NCBI GenBank assembly: GCA_964016885.1
Contig: OZ024748.1
Location: forward strand, 31,806,001-31,870,000
DNA length: 64,000 nucleotides
Source: Eledone cirrhosa
Taxonomy: Eukaryota
Direction: 5' to 3'
The notes under the pieces are model-generated. The model had not been told where the DNA came from. It searched no databases and saw nothing but the letters and a program-made list of their open reading frames with translations. The position numbers were made by a program, and so were the translations under genes. Shown one piece after another: positions 16,750 to 29,904 of this stretch. How positions within the stretch are numbered: position 1 is the first letter of the stretch; each line of letters begins with the position of its first letter.

Positions 16750-19071
16750 ATGGAAAAACACTACCTGGATATGTCACTCAAAAACATACCAACCCAGGGT
16801 AGAAGGGAATATTTATTGAGCATGATTCAAAAAACTAATGAATTCATTCGACGTGTCAGGTGGAAAACGCTCCACTATGATAGAAGCCGTATGAACTCAA
16901 CATTAGAAAGTGGTGTAAACAACAAATTCGGTTTTAGGACTTGTAAAAACCCACTCACCAACCCACTATTAGATGCATTTGAGCAGGACCTTATGAACTT
17001 AATCCTTAAAATTAAATTCAAAGGACGCAACACCAACAGCAAATTACAGAAAGATATAAAAAAACTACTGGACGACCTTAAAAACACCAAAGGAATTGTA
17101 GTAAAAGCGGACAAAACATCAAACCTGTACACTATGGATTGCACTACATACAACAACTTCATTCGAAAAGAATTACATAAAAAATATAGAAAAACGAGTG
17201 AAGTAACCCTTAAGCACATCAATGATGAGGCATGCGAAATAGTGAAAAATCTCGGAATCGAAGATAGGACAGGACCACTCTTACCGGCGGTACCCACCTT
17301 CAACCTTAAGGACCACAAGGTAAACTTTGATAATGACCCTAAAATTAGATTAATCTGCCCCTCTAAATCAGATATAGGTAAAATAAGCAAATATATCTTA
17401 GATAGAATCATCCCCCAAATTAAGGCTAAGGTTAACATTAAACTCTGGGGGAAGACCCAAGAAGCAATAAGATGGTTTAATAGCATTAGCAATAAGAATA
17501 AATCTAAGTTTATCCAGTTTGATATCGATGAATATTACTCATCGATATCACCTGAAACTTTGAATAGAGCCATTAAGTTTGCTAAGGATAACTCTGACCT
17601 TACAAACGATGAAATTAAGATTATATTAGAAGCTAGGAAAACTATAGTCAAATTTGAGAACAGTTATTGGGTACGTAAAGATAGACCCTCTAACTTTGAC
17701 ATAACAATGGGCTCTAACGATTCGGCGGAAATAACTGATATTGTGGGGTTATTTATCGCCTTTAGACTCCAGGAAAAATTCAGCAATCTCCACGGCGGAA
17801 TATACCGCGACGATGTTCTCCTCCTAGCTAAAAACCTTAATAACCAAAAACTAGAAAAACTACGCAAAGATATAAGAAAACTACTACTCGAAATAAGACT
17901 AACTATAACATATGAATACAACCTTAAAGTAGTTAACTTCCTGGATGTCACACTCAATTTAAACTCTGGTTTGATTAAACCGTTTCATAAATTGAATGAA
18001 AATCTCAAATACGTAAATGTTGGGTCTAACCACCCCATCTCTATAATTAAATCTATCCCTAAAAATATTTCCCTTAGAATCTCGGGTCTATCTTCTAACA
18101 TACAAGTATTTAAGGAACACGCCGAGTACTACGATAACGCCCTTAGTAAAGCAGGCTACCTCAACAAAATAGAGTACATAGATGGGAACAATCAAAACAC
18201 CCAAAATAAATCCCACATAGGTAGATATAATAACACAACACCAAACCACACTTACTACCATAGTATGCACACCAGTAAACCAACAAACAAAACTAATAGA
18301 AAGCGATGCAAAGAGTACTTATGGTATAACCCCGAATACAATAGCTCCATTAGTACAAATTTACCAGTACTCTTCTTTAAAATAATTAAAAGACATTTTC
18401 CCACATCACACAAATACCACAAAATCCTAAACCCTACCACTATAAGACTGTCATACTCTACAGCGTTAAACCTTGAACAACACATAAAAAAGATCAATAC
18501 TAGAAGGTTAAACGAAAACACTAAGAACTTAAGTACAAAGAACACAAAAAAAACAGTAGACAATACACTACAGAACATAAATAAACCACACCTAAGTTCG
18601 TCCGCAATACTACTCCAGAGAAAACCCAACGTACACAACTGTAACTGCACCTATCCTGACAACTGCCCCTTCGGCAATAACTGCCTGGAAAAAAATATTA
18701 TTTATAAGTGTACCATTAAATCCGGAGGCAACGAGTGGTATTACGTGGGATCAACGGCAACATCGTTTAAATCTCGATTGTATAGGCATTCTTACTCAAT
18801 AAAACACCAGAGCCAAAGAAATGTAACAACTCTAGCAGAAAAAGCTTGGACGCTCAGGGATAGCGATCAAAAGTTTACCCTAAAATGGGAAAAATTAGCT
18901 AAAACCCAAAGCTTTTCCAGGAGCCAAAATTTCTGCAAATTGTCTAATCTTGAGATTTATTACATAATCACACACAAGAAGAAACTGCTGAATAACAGAA
19001 TTGAACGAACATTATTCTGCCGTCACAGAACTAAAACCCTTTTTTCCCACTACAAGCCGAATATTACATAA
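16750..19071 (+). CDS. PLE polyprotein, 773 aa: RT plus C-terminal GIY-YIG endonuclease
   Basis: KADKT, FIQFDIDEYYSSI, ITMGS, GGIYRDD, VNFLDV, CNC..CP..C, IIY..YVG. Confidence 0.93.
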   Translation: MEKHYLDMSLKNIPTQGRREYLLSMIQKTNEFIRRVRWKTLHYDRSRMNSTLESGVNNKFGFRTCKNPLTNPLLDAFEQDLMNLILKIKFKGRNTNSKLQKDIKKLLDDLKNTKGIVVKADKTSNLYTMDCTTYNNFIRKELHKKYRKTSEVTLKHINDEACEIVKNLGIEDRTGPLLPAVPTFNLKDHKVNFDNDPKIRLICPSKSDIGKISKYILDRIIPQIKAKVNIKLWGKTQEAIRWFNSISNKNKSKFIQFDIDEYYSSISPETLNRAIKFAKDNSDLTNDEIKIILEARKTIVKFENSYWVRKDRPSNFDITMGSNDSAEITDIVGLFIAFRLQEKFSNLHGGIYRDDVLLLAKNLNNQKLEKLRKDIRKLLLEIRLTITYEYNLKVVNFLDVTLNLNSGLIKPFHKLNENLKYVNVGSNHPISIIKSIPKNISLRISGLSSNIQVFKEHAEYYDNALSKAGYLNKIEYIDGNNQNTQNKSHIGRYNNTTPNHTYYHSMHTSKPTNKTNRKRCKEYLWYNPEYNSSISTNLPVLFFKIIKRHFPTSHKYHKILNPTTIRLSYSTALNLEQHIKKINTRRLNENTKNLSTKNTKKTVDNTLQNINKPHLSSSAILLQRKPNVHNCNCTYPDNCPFGNNCLEKNIIYKCTIKSGGNEWYYVGSTATSFKSRLYRHSYSIKHQSQRNVTTLAEKAWTLRDSDQKFTLKWEKLAKTQSFSRSQNFCKLSNLEIYYIITHKKKLLNNRIERTLFCRHRTKTLFSHYKPNIT

Positions 19072-19396
19072 AAGAGGGACATCCCCCAACTATATGAACC
19101 TTAATCTAGTTAGAAAAATATAAAAACAATCTCTTCTCAACATATATTAATAACCTTAAATTACCATACTAATAATGAAAAGATATGCTGATGAGAATAG
19201 GTACAAATATGCGATAATGAATGTGTCTAAAAACGTCCATAAGTATGTATATATATGTGAAAATGTATATAAATAAGTAAATATATATATATGTTTGATG
19301 TGTATAGTTAGATGTAAGTGTATTCATGTATTAAAGTGCTTATATATATATATATATATATGTATATGTGTGTATATGTATGTTTGTGTATGTATG

Positions 19397-19441
<45 letters not shown>

Positions 19442-20027
19442 GTATATATGTATGTATATATGTGTATGTATATATGTGTATATGGATGTGTATGTATGTG
19501 TATGTGTGTACACATGGACTAGAGTATGTATGTATATATGTGTGTGTCTATACGTGTGTATATAAAGATAAGTTGAGTATGAAAATGTATACACATGAGC
19601 GCGTATGTATGTACATGAATACATGTGTGTATATATATGTGTATGCATGTGTATATATATGTAAGTATGAATATGTGAATTGTGTGTATATGTATTTTGT
19701 AGAGGTGTGCAAATATATTTGTGTGTGAATGCGTGGGTGAAAGGATACGTACACTTGAAAGAAAAATTTAAGTCTGAATGTTAATTAAGTGCAAACACAA
19801 AACCAACCACGCATATCTTCACTATCTCTAATCCTTCTATAGATTTAGAAAAGTAACCAATAATATATTCTATAAAAAATGTCAAAACAACAGATGGGAA
19901 TCTAATTACTCACTGCCACCAAGAATTCTCACTGCTATCGAAAAACCACTCCTTCAACTATTCTTCTAACAACTTCACCCCTCCCTCCTAATATTCTCTA
20001 TAAAAACTAAATAGGTCCTCAGTAATA

Positions 20028-20144
20028 TTATTCTGATGAAATGACAGTAAATAATAACATTGAAATATTGAATGTCTGCATAACTAAAAGTTTGTAGATA
20101 GCTGTTTTAGGTTATGTAACTGTTATAGAAACACGTGTCAATAA
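20028..20144 (+). ncRNA. Type I HHR (3' pLTR copy of 16429-16545)
   Basis: Same sequence at offset 3599. Confidence 0.75.
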
Positions 20145-20178
20145 ATTCCTTTCAACTAAACTGTATCCATTCAAATCT

Positions 20179-20205
<27 letters not shown>

Positions 20206-20212
<7 letters not shown>

Positions 20213-20566
20213 AAAAAGAGATGAAATCGAAAATGCAACTGAAGTCTTATTTTTTTAAAAAATATATATATTTATTTGGTTCCTTTACCGGTTTCGCAGT
20301 TCTTCTGCTTTTCAAAAGGTGAGTTGAGATGGAGGGTCTGTGGTTTTTCTCACATCTGAGAAAAACCACAGACCCTCCATCTCAACTCACCTTTTGAAAA
20401 GCAGAAGAACTGCGAAACCGGTAAAGGAACCAAATAAATATATATATTTTTAAAAAAAATAAGACTTCAGTTGCATTTTCGATTTCATCTCTTTTTCTTT
20501 ATACTTCCACTCGTGTAGGATACCTCGGTTATTTTTCATTTTGTAAAAAAAAACCTCACTTTCTAA
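20206..20566. repeat. Repeat X fold-back palindrome (centre ctca-catc-tgag at ~20355)
   Basis: ~150-bp inverted arms; the right arm continues to the X terminus cctcactttctaat. Confidence 0.8.
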
Positions 20567-22095
20567 TATATATATATATATATATATTGTATATATATAT
20601 ATATATATTGTTATATTTGGGGAGGGTCATATTTGCGTAATATTGCCAGAATTAATAACAGAACACACTCACTGTTTGGTTGGTTTTCGCTTCTCGCTGT
20701 CTTTTATATATATATATCTGCGATCTAACTTACTCGGTCCTCAATGTTGCCATTGACTGACCGGCGGTCAAAAATAATACAGATACAATATAGACAAACA
20801 CATATAAGTTTACATAAATCTTTCGTTGCACATCTGCAACATCGTCAGTGGTGTTATATTCATTGTTCCTCCTGTTGTGTTGTATGTCTACGCCATTTTT
20901 TTGTTCAGTCTGTCTATATATTTATTTATTTATTTGCTTGTTTGTTTATCTTATTTTATTTTGTCTTCTTTGCGCATGCGTTTGCGTGTGTGTATAGTGT
21001 TATGTGTGATGTGTGACTAGTGTGTATAGTGTTGTGTCTGCTGGGTGACTAGTGTGTGTTTATGTGCTTGTGTATGTATTTATTTATCTTATTTTATTTA
21101 ATTTAATTTACTTATTTATTTATACTTCTCTTAGGTCAGTGTTGTTTGTTTGGGTGTTGTTGTTGTTCCACTCATTCTTTCTGTTTAGCTTTGGTCTTCT
21201 AATTTCTATTTCACTGGCCTCTCTGATTTGCCTATCTGCTGGGTCATTCCTATGTTTAGATATTATTCTAATTTCTATGTTGTCTATGTTACCGTCATGA
21301 TGTTGTCTAGCATGTTCGTATAGTACTGACCCGTTTTTTCGTCCTTTTAGTTCCCCCCAGTGTTGGTCTATCCTTTCACCTATGCTACGAGCTGTCTCAC
21401 CTATGTATGTTGTTGTCGTGTTTCTGCAAGTACCCTCTGTACATCTTATGCTATAGACTACGTTTCTAGTTTTACAGTTTATCCGGGGGTTCACCTTACA
21501 TATGATACATTTCCTATTGGTACAGTGGGTTTTCTTAAAAGGGTAGGTTTTGCTGATCAGGGATTTTATGGTGGTTCCTGGCTTTTCTACCACCTTTATT
21601 TTTAAGTGGGTCTTTCTCAGGGCCTTTCTACACTGGTTAGCTAATTTCCCTCCAGGGGTGGCGTCCACAAACATGACACTCTGATATCTAAACATAGGAA
21701 TGACCCAGCAGATAGGCAAATCAGAGAGGCCAGTGAAATAGAAATTAGAAGACCAAAGCTAAACAGAAAGAATGAGTGGAACAACAACAACACCCAAACA
21801 AACAACACTGACCTAAGAGAAGTATAAATAAATAAGTAAATTAAATTAAATAAAATAAGATAAATAAATACATACACAAGCACATAAACACACACTAGTC
21901 ACCCAGCAGACACAACACTATACACACTAGTCACACATCACACATAACACTATACACACACGCAAACGCATGCGCAAAGAAGACAAAATAAAATAAGATA
22001 AACAAACAAGCAAATAAATAAATAAATATATAGACAGACTGAACAAAAAAAATGGCGTAGACATACAACACAACAGGAGGAACAATGAATATAAC

Positions 22096-22137
22096 ACCAC
22101 TGACGATGTTGCAGATGTGCAACGAAAGATTTATGTA
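22096..22137 (+). ncRNA. Minimal HHR-like core in family C pLTR (copies 26221-26262 +, ~20812-20852 -, variant ~44735-44777 -)
   Basis: CTGACGA-t-gttgc-agatgt-gcaac-GAAA-gattta; stem I is weak (2 bp). Confidence 0.5.
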
Positions 22138-22322
22138 AACTATATATATATGTGTTTGTCTATATTGTATCTGTATTATTTTTGACCGCCGGTCAGTCAA
22201 TGGCAACATTGAGGACCGAGTAAGTTAGATCGCAGATATATATATATAAAAGACAGCGAGAAGCGAAAACCAACCAAACAGTGAGTGTGTTCTGTTATTA
22301 ATTCTGGCAATATTACGCAAAT

Positions 22323-25300
22323 ATGACCCTCCCCAAATATAACAATATCTGTTTCGACACACGATTTCATATAAAAAACCTCGCAAAACTAATTCATCGC
22401 CGCTATGGCATTAGCTTGTGCCAAGCTGAAAGGTTATTGAAAGACACTGTTTTCTGTTATATAAAAACTACAATAACAACAGAACAAATCCGCTTCTTAA
22501 AACACTGTGTTTCCTCCAAAACATACACAACAAACATATCAAAACAAGTAAATAATTTATTATTGAACAAAACACAAGCTGAACGGCTAAAACACACAAT
22601 AACAGTTAATATGAAAAGAACAACATACACAAAAGTCAACGCACTCTACAGACAAAAACGCATCAACGGTAAGGAAATCCGAAATCTCATCACAGCAAAC
22701 GAGAGAGATGACTTCATGAGCGTCATCCGACGCGAAACGAAATATGCTCAAAACGAATGCTGTAGGCATTTCAAGAAGAAATTAGAATGGATGAATAAGA
22801 AAAAACTACAAGAAAGGAAAATCGAATATTCTCAAAAATACCCAGATAACATCGACAACATCCGTATGAGTGATGTAAAACTACCGGAAGAATTTACCAA
22901 TGACCACACAGTAAATATCTATGGGAACACTTTAATCAGTGAACAAGAACAACAAATCCTAAAGTTACCACCAAAATTTGCCATCTACAAAAAGATTAAT
23001 CCTATGGAATGCAAAACGGAGCTGGAAAAGTGTTTCACAAAAATACGTTGGAATGCAAAGGTAAACAACAACAACAATAATAACGGTAGTAGTAATATAA
23101 ACAATAACTCTGGGTATAGAAATAACAGCCATAACCATAACAATGGCAGGAAAGTGAGAAATAGTGATAATGGTAATAATACTAGCGATAGACAGAACAA
23201 CAACAACCACAATAATAATAATAATAGAAACGTTAACCACAGACACAGCAACAGTGACCACAGTAGTAGTAACGGTAACAATACGAACAACAACAACAAC
23301 AATAACCACAGTGGTAATAATGGAAATAGTACATGTAGCAACATCAACAAAAACAAGAAACATAATAATAGTAACAACCACAATGGTAGAAATAGCAGTA
23401 ACAACAACAATAACGGTGAAGTAAACAACAATACATCTAGCAATCATAACAATAATAATATTAATGCTAAGGATAGAAACAACAACAACCACCATGATAA
23501 CAATAATAGCAACACACACAACTATGACGATAGAAATAACGACAACCCCTTAGAGAAACTATTTTTCAACCCAGCTGACAAAACATATAAGATGGGTAAT
23601 ATCTATCCTACGAGGTTACCCTTTAATAAAAGAGTTTGCATACCACAACAAATAGATGACGAGACGGAGGCACAGTTCACCATAGCTAGAAATAAGATTA
23701 GACAAGTAGTAGACAGGTACACTATGAGACAGAGCAGACCAGAGGCCCAACAACTTGGGATAAAACCTGTAGAAGGCTTGGTTAGCCTCAAGCAGCGCAC
23801 AAGGGATGGTGAGGTAGTGTGTCTACCCACAGATAAGTCTGGTAGGATGTCAATAGATAGCATGCCGAACTACATCGAGGCAATGCAACCCCACATCACC
23901 AACACGAGCGAAGTTGCACAACTAACACACGATGGGAGAGAAAAAATCCTCAACGCTCACATGATGATGTGGACTGACATCCTAAAGCCAAGCAGACGCA
24001 CTGCCAACAACTTCCAGGCGTCTAACAATGGCATACCACCCTTGTATGGGCTCCGCAAAGACCACAAGACAGTCGACGACCCGACAATAGGACCACCAAC
24101 AAGACCTGTATGCGGAGCTAATATAGCTAGCAACTACAGGATCTCCTACTTCCTCTCAATGGTTATACGCCCCATAATCAAGATGTCCCCAGATGTATGT
24201 GAAAGTACAGAGGACCTCCTCAGCAGAATCAGTGAGTGCAACAAAAACAGGAGCCTATCCAACTGCATAATAGGCAGCATGGATGTGGTGTCACTGTACC
24301 CATCCATTAACATTGATTTTGCTGTGAAAAGATGTGTGGAGATGATCATTGAGAGTGAGGTGGAGTTCTGCGACGTCGACACAGACGAACTGGGCCTCCT
24401 ACTTAGACTTACCTACGACACTGACTACCTAGACAGCCATGACCTTAGATGTTTCTGCCCTAGTAGACCTATAAGAGGTAGACCCCCCACCATAACCTCA
24501 ATGGCTAAAAAGACTCCCATAGGAAGGTGGATTGGGTGGACCAAAGCTATACGGACCCCCCAAAACACTGATCAGGTAAGAAAAATGGTCGCACATGCAA
24601 TAGGGGCTAGTATCAAAACTACCCTAAAGGGCCACATATTTAAGTTCAATGAGAAAATCTACACCCAAAATGAGGGAGCAGCCATCGGCGTCAGCATAGC
24701 TGGCGATGTTGCCAACCTTTTCATGGTATGGTGGGAAAGGAGACTTAAAGATCTCCTTAATGAAAGCTCCATAGACCTCATCATGTACTCTCGTTATGTA
24801 GACGATATCAATATAGTTATAAGAACACCCCCACTAGAGAGCACTAACAAGTTTGATTTAGAACGTAGCACGATGGAAAGCATCCAGCAGATAGCTAATT
24901 CTATACACCAGAGTATAACTGTAACTATAGACTTCCCTTCCAAACACCCTAACAATAGACTACCTGTATTAGACACAGAACTCTGGATTAACACTATAGA
25001 CGAGAGAGCCCAAATTCTCCACTCACACTATGCTAAACCCATGGCCTCCAAATACCTGATACTCAAAAACTCAGCAATGTCCAGTAGTGCTAAGTTTAAT
25101 ATTCTGATCGCAGATTTGGTACGAGTGATGAAGAATGTGTCCAGCATGTGCGACCCAACAGAAATGGAAGGACACATCCAACACTTCATCAACCGCATGC
25201 AGTTCTCTGGCTACAACCAAAGAGACAGAGTCAGAGTATACGAAGGAGCCATGGAAAAGTATAAGACCCTCATAGAACTGGACATGAAAGGAATTTGCCC

Positions 25301-25952
25301 ACTATACAGGAGCAAATCATGGAATAGCTTAGATAGGGCTAGACATAAGATAGGGAAGGCCACATCATGGTACGACAACCAGAGATATCAGAGTGTCATG
25401 TTTGTGGACGCCACCCCTGGAGGGAAATTAGCTAACCAGTGTAGAAAGGCCCTGAGAAAGACCCACTTAAAAATAAAGGTGGTAGAAAAGCCAGGAACCA
25501 CCATAAAATCCCTGATCAGCAAAACCTACCCTTTTAAGAAAACCCACTGTACCAATAGGAAATGTATCATATGTAAGGTGAACCCCCGGATAAACTGTAA
25601 AACTAGAAACGTAGTCTATAGCATAAGATGTACAGAGGGTACTTGCAGAAACACGACAACAACATACATAGGTGAGACAGCTCGTAGCATAGGTGAAAGG
25701 ATAGACCAACACTGGGGGGAACTAAAAGGACGAAAAAACGGGTCAGTACTATACGAACATGCTAGACAACATCATGACGGTAACATAGACAACATAGAAA
25801 TTAGAATAATATCTAAACATAGGAATGACCCAGCAGATAGGCAAATCAGAGAGGCCAGTGAAATAGAAATTAGAAGACCAAAGCTAAACAGAAAGAATGA
25901 GTGGAACAACAACAACACCCAAACAAACAACACTGACCTAAGAGAAGTATAA
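22323..25952 (+). CDS. PLE polyprotein, 1209 aa: N-terminal domain, Asn-rich insert, RT, Cys linker, GIY-YIG
   Basis: TDKSG, RPVCGA, SMDVVSLYPSI, GAAIG, SRYVDD, LPVLD, CTNRKCIIC, VVY..YIGET.R, H..H, E. Confidence 0.93.
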   Translation: MTLPKYNNICFDTRFHIKNLAKLIHRRYGISLCQAERLLKDTVFCYIKTTITTEQIRFLKHCVSSKTYTTNISKQVNNLLLNKTQAERLKHTITVNMKRTTYTKVNALYRQKRINGKEIRNLITANERDDFMSVIRRETKYAQNECCRHFKKKLEWMNKKKLQERKIEYSQKYPDNIDNIRMSDVKLPEEFTNDHTVNIYGNTLISEQEQQILKLPPKFAIYKKINPMECKTELEKCFTKIRWNAKVNNNNNNNGSSNINNNSGYRNNSHNHNNGRKVRNSDNGNNTSDRQNNNNHNNNNNRNVNHRHSNSDHSSSNGNNTNNNNNNNHSGNNGNSTCSNINKNKKHNNSNNHNGRNSSNNNNNGEVNNNTSSNHNNNNINAKDRNNNNHHDNNNSNTHNYDDRNNDNPLEKLFFNPADKTYKMGNIYPTRLPFNKRVCIPQQIDDETEAQFTIARNKIRQVVDRYTMRQSRPEAQQLGIKPVEGLVSLKQRTRDGEVVCLPTDKSGRMSIDSMPNYIEAMQPHITNTSEVAQLTHDGREKILNAHMMMWTDILKPSRRTANNFQASNNGIPPLYGLRKDHKTVDDPTIGPPTRPVCGANIASNYRISYFLSMVIRPIIKMSPDVCESTEDLLSRISECNKNRSLSNCIIGSMDVVSLYPSINIDFAVKRCVEMIIESEVEFCDVDTDELGLLLRLTYDTDYLDSHDLRCFCPSRPIRGRPPTITSMAKKTPIGRWIGWTKAIRTPQNTDQVRKMVAHAIGASIKTTLKGHIFKFNEKIYTQNEGAAIGVSIAGDVANLFMVWWERRLKDLLNESSIDLIMYSRYVDDINIVIRTPPLESTNKFDLERSTMESIQQIANSIHQSITVTIDFPSKHPNNRLPVLDTELWINTIDERAQILHSHYAKPMASKYLILKNSAMSSSAKFNILIADLVRVMKNVSSMCDPTEMEGHIQHFINRMQFSGYNQRDRVRVYEGAMEKYKTLIELDMKGICPLYRSKSWNSLDRARHKIGKATSWYDNQRYQSVMFVDATPGGKLANQCRKALRKTHLKIKVVEKPGTTIKSLISKTYPFKKTHCTNRKCIICKVNPRINCKTRNVVYSIRCTEGTCRNTTTTYIGETARSIGERIDQHWGELKGRKNGSVLYEHARQHHDGNIDNIEIRIISKHRNDPADRQIREASEIEIRRPKLNRKNEWNNNNTQTNNTDLREV

Positions 25953-26527
25953 ATAAATAAGTAAATTAAATTAAATAAAATAAGATAAATAAATACATAC
26001 ACAAGCACATAAACACACACTAGTCACCCAGCAGACACAACACTATACACACTAGTCACACATCACACATAACACTATACACACACGCAAACGCATGCGC
26101 AAAGAAGACAAAATAAAATAAGATAAACAAACAAGCAAATAAATAAATAAATATATAGACAGACTGAACAAAAAAAATGGCGTAGACATACAACACAACA
26201 GGAGGAACAATGAATATAACACCACTGACGATGTTGCAGATGTGCAACGAAAGATTTATGTAAACTATATATATATGTGTTTGTCTATATTGTATCTGTA
26301 TTATTTTTGACCGCCGGTCAGTCAATGGCAACATTGCGGACCGAGTAAGTTAGATCGCAGATATATATATATAAAAGACAGCGAGAAGCGAAAACCAACC
26401 AAACAGTGAGTGTGTTCTGTTATTAATTCTGGCAATATTACGCAAATATGACCCTCCCCAAATATAACAATATCTGTTTCGACACACGATTTCATATAAA
26501 AAACCTCGCAAAACTAATTCATCGCCG

Positions 26528-26574
<47 letters not shown>

Positions 26575-27056
26575 ATATATATATATATTGTATACATATA
26601 TATATATAAATATTGTATACAATATATATATATATATATGTATATATATACAATATATATATATATATACAATATATATATTATATATATACAATAAATA
26701 TATATATATACTATATATATATATACAATATTTATATATATATACAATATATATATATATACAATATATATATACAATATATATATATATATATATATTG
26801 TATATATATATATATGTATATATATATATTATATATATATATATATATTGTATATATATATTGTATATATATATATATATTGTATATATATATTGTATAT
26901 ATATATATATATTGTATATATATATTGTATATATATATATATATTGTATATATATATTGTATATATATATTGTATACATATTTATATATATATATTGTAT
27001 ATATATATATATTGTATATATATATATATATATATTGTATATATATATAAATATTG

Positions 27057-27093
<37 letters not shown>

Positions 27094-27367
27094 TATATAT
27101 ATATATATATTATATATATATATTTATTGTATATATATATATATTATATATATTGTATATATATATATTTTATATATATATATATTGTATTAATTGTATA
27201 TATATATTGTATATATATTATATATATATATATATATATACTATATATATATTGTATATATATATATATATAATATATATATATATTGTGTATATATATA
27301 TATATATATAGTATATATATATTGTGTCCATATATATATTGTATATATATATGTATTTTGTCTATAA

Positions 27368-27413
<46 letters not shown>

Positions 27414-27558
27414 GTATATATATATATTGTATATATATATATTGTATATATATATATATATTGTATATATATATATATTGTACATATATATATATATATT
27501 GTATATATAAATATATATATTGTATATATAAATATATATATTGTATATATATATATAT

Positions 27559-27626
<68 letters not shown>

Positions 27627-28010
27627 ATATATATATATATTGTATATATATATATATATATTGTATATATATATATTGTATATATATATTGTATATATAT
27701 ATATATATATATTGTATATATATATTGTTTATATATATATTGTATATATATTGTATATATACGTTGTGTATATATATATATCGTATAGATATATATATAT
27801 TGTATACATATTTATATATATATATTGTATATATATATATATATTGTATGTATATAGATATAGATATATATTGTATATATATATATAAATATTGTATATA
27901 TATATATAAAGTATATATATATATTTATCGTATATATATATATATTATATATATTGTATATATATATATATTTTATATATATATATATTGTATTAATTGT
28001 TTATATATAT

Positions 28011-28055
<45 letters not shown>

Positions 28056-28372
28056 TATATATATATATATTGTGTATATATATATATACTATATATATAT
28101 ATTGTGTATATGTATATATTGTATATATATATGTATTTTGTATATAAATATATTATATATATATATATATATATATTGTGTGTATATATATATATATATT
28201 GTATATATATATATATATTGTATATATATATATATTGTACATATATACATATATATTGTATATATAAATATATATATTGTATATATATATGTATATATTG
28301 TATATACATATATATTGTATATATATATGTTGTATATATATATATATATACTGTATATATATATATATATTG

Positions 28373-28403
<31 letters not shown>

Positions 28404-28680
28404 TGTATATATATATTGTATATATATATATATTGTATATATGTATTGTATATATACATTGTGTATATATATATAGTAAATATATATATATATATTGTAT
28501 ACATATTTATATATATATATTGTATACATATTTATATATATATATTGTATATATAAATATATATATTGTATATATATATATATATATATTGTATATATAT
28601 AAATATTGTATATATATATATATATAGAATATATATATATTTATTGTATATATATATATATTGTATATATTGTATATATA

Positions 28681-28711
<31 letters not shown>

Positions 28712-28756
28712 GTATTAATTGTTTATATATATATTGTATTAATTGTATATATATAT

Positions 28757-28805
<49 letters not shown>

Positions 28806-29054
28806 TATATATATATATATTGTGTATATATATATATATATTGTATATATATATATATATTGTATATATATATATTGTATATATATATATATATTTTATA
28901 TATATATATTGTAAATATATATATATATATATATTGTATATATATATATATATTGTAAATATATATATATATATATATATATATTGTATATATATTGTAT
29001 ATATATATATATATTGTATATAATATATATATATTGTATATAATATATATATAT

Positions 29055-29110
<56 letters not shown>

Positions 29111-29398
29111 ATATATATATATATTGTATATATATATATATATATTGTATATATATATATTGTATATATATATTGTATATATATATATATATATTGTATA
29201 TATATATTGTTTATATATATATATATTGTATATATATTGTATATATACGTTGTGTATATCGTATAGATATATATATATTGTATACATATTTATATATATA
29301 TATTGTATATATATATATATATTGTATGTATATAGATATAGATATATATTGTATATATATATATAAATATTGTATATATATATATAAAGTATATATAT

Positions 29399-29904
29399 GT
29401 AAAGTTATATTTAAAATTGTTGGATTACAACTAGTAAATATTTATAACTGATATAAAAGCACTCGACAAATACTTGGAGTATATTTACAATATTAAATAA
29501 ATGGAAAACTATATTTATAAAACCATATTTATTTCATTATATATATTACGGGGATATCATATTAACAATATGCTATGCCTTCATCAGACAAAATACAATA
29601 TAAACAGTTTTATAGATAAATATATTCGACATACCGTAATAAACATCAACTTCATTTGAAGAGGTTCACTCTAGCAGTGAAAATACAGAGAGAAAGAAAG
29701 AGAGACTTTCTCTCTGTATTTTCACTGCTAGAGTGAACCTCTTCAAATGAAGTTGATGTTTATTACGGTATGTCGAATATATTTATCTATAAAACTGTTT
29801 ATATTGTATTTTGTCTGATGAAGGCATAGCATATTGTTAATATGATATCCCCGAAATATATATAATGAAATAAATATGGTTTTATAAATATAGTTTTCCA
29901 TTTA
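29399..29904. mobile_element. Non-coding HHR-bearing element E, fold-back with ~200-bp arms and ~18-bp TSD
   Basis: Arms 29498-29696 / 29706-29904; tatataaagtatatatat at 29381-29398 and 29903-29920; empty site at ~27903. Confidence 0.82.
29810..29869 (+). ncRNA. Type I HHR (family E)
   Basis: tttgt-CTGATGA(29815)-stem II with catatt/aatatg-GAAA(29853)-tatata-TA-atgaa; the left-arm copy has GTAA instead of GAAA. Confidence 0.65.

Larger units (their letters stand above)
16390..20184 (+). mobile_element. Apparently full-length PLE (family B, YRDD type) with ~195-bp direct pseudo-LTRs 16390-16585 and 19989-20184
   Basis: Identical-looking direct repeats each carrying an HHR, intact ORF, 3' end abutting (TA)n. 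Confidence 0.92.
20605..26530 (+). mobile_element. Full-length PLE (family C, YVDD, Neptune/Nematis-like linker): inverted 3' copy 20605-21689, direct repeats 21684-22405 / 25809-26530
   Basis: 20605-21689 is the reverse complement of ~25383-26472; direct repeat offset 4125; the 3' repeat runs ~80 nt into the ORF start. Confidence 0.92.

Noticed and set aside
16875-17957. Antisense ORFs over the PLE and RTE coding regions
   Set aside because: Shadow frames with no recognisable motifs
19188-19194. Isolated CTGATGA (also CTGACGA at 234-240 minus and CTGAGGA at ~37498)
   Set aside because: No matching stem II / GAAA / stem I found
29498-29904. MITE or DNA transposon interpretation of the palindromes
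   Set aside because: Arms are asymmetric, contain HHRs, and the same sequence occurs unpaired at 38713
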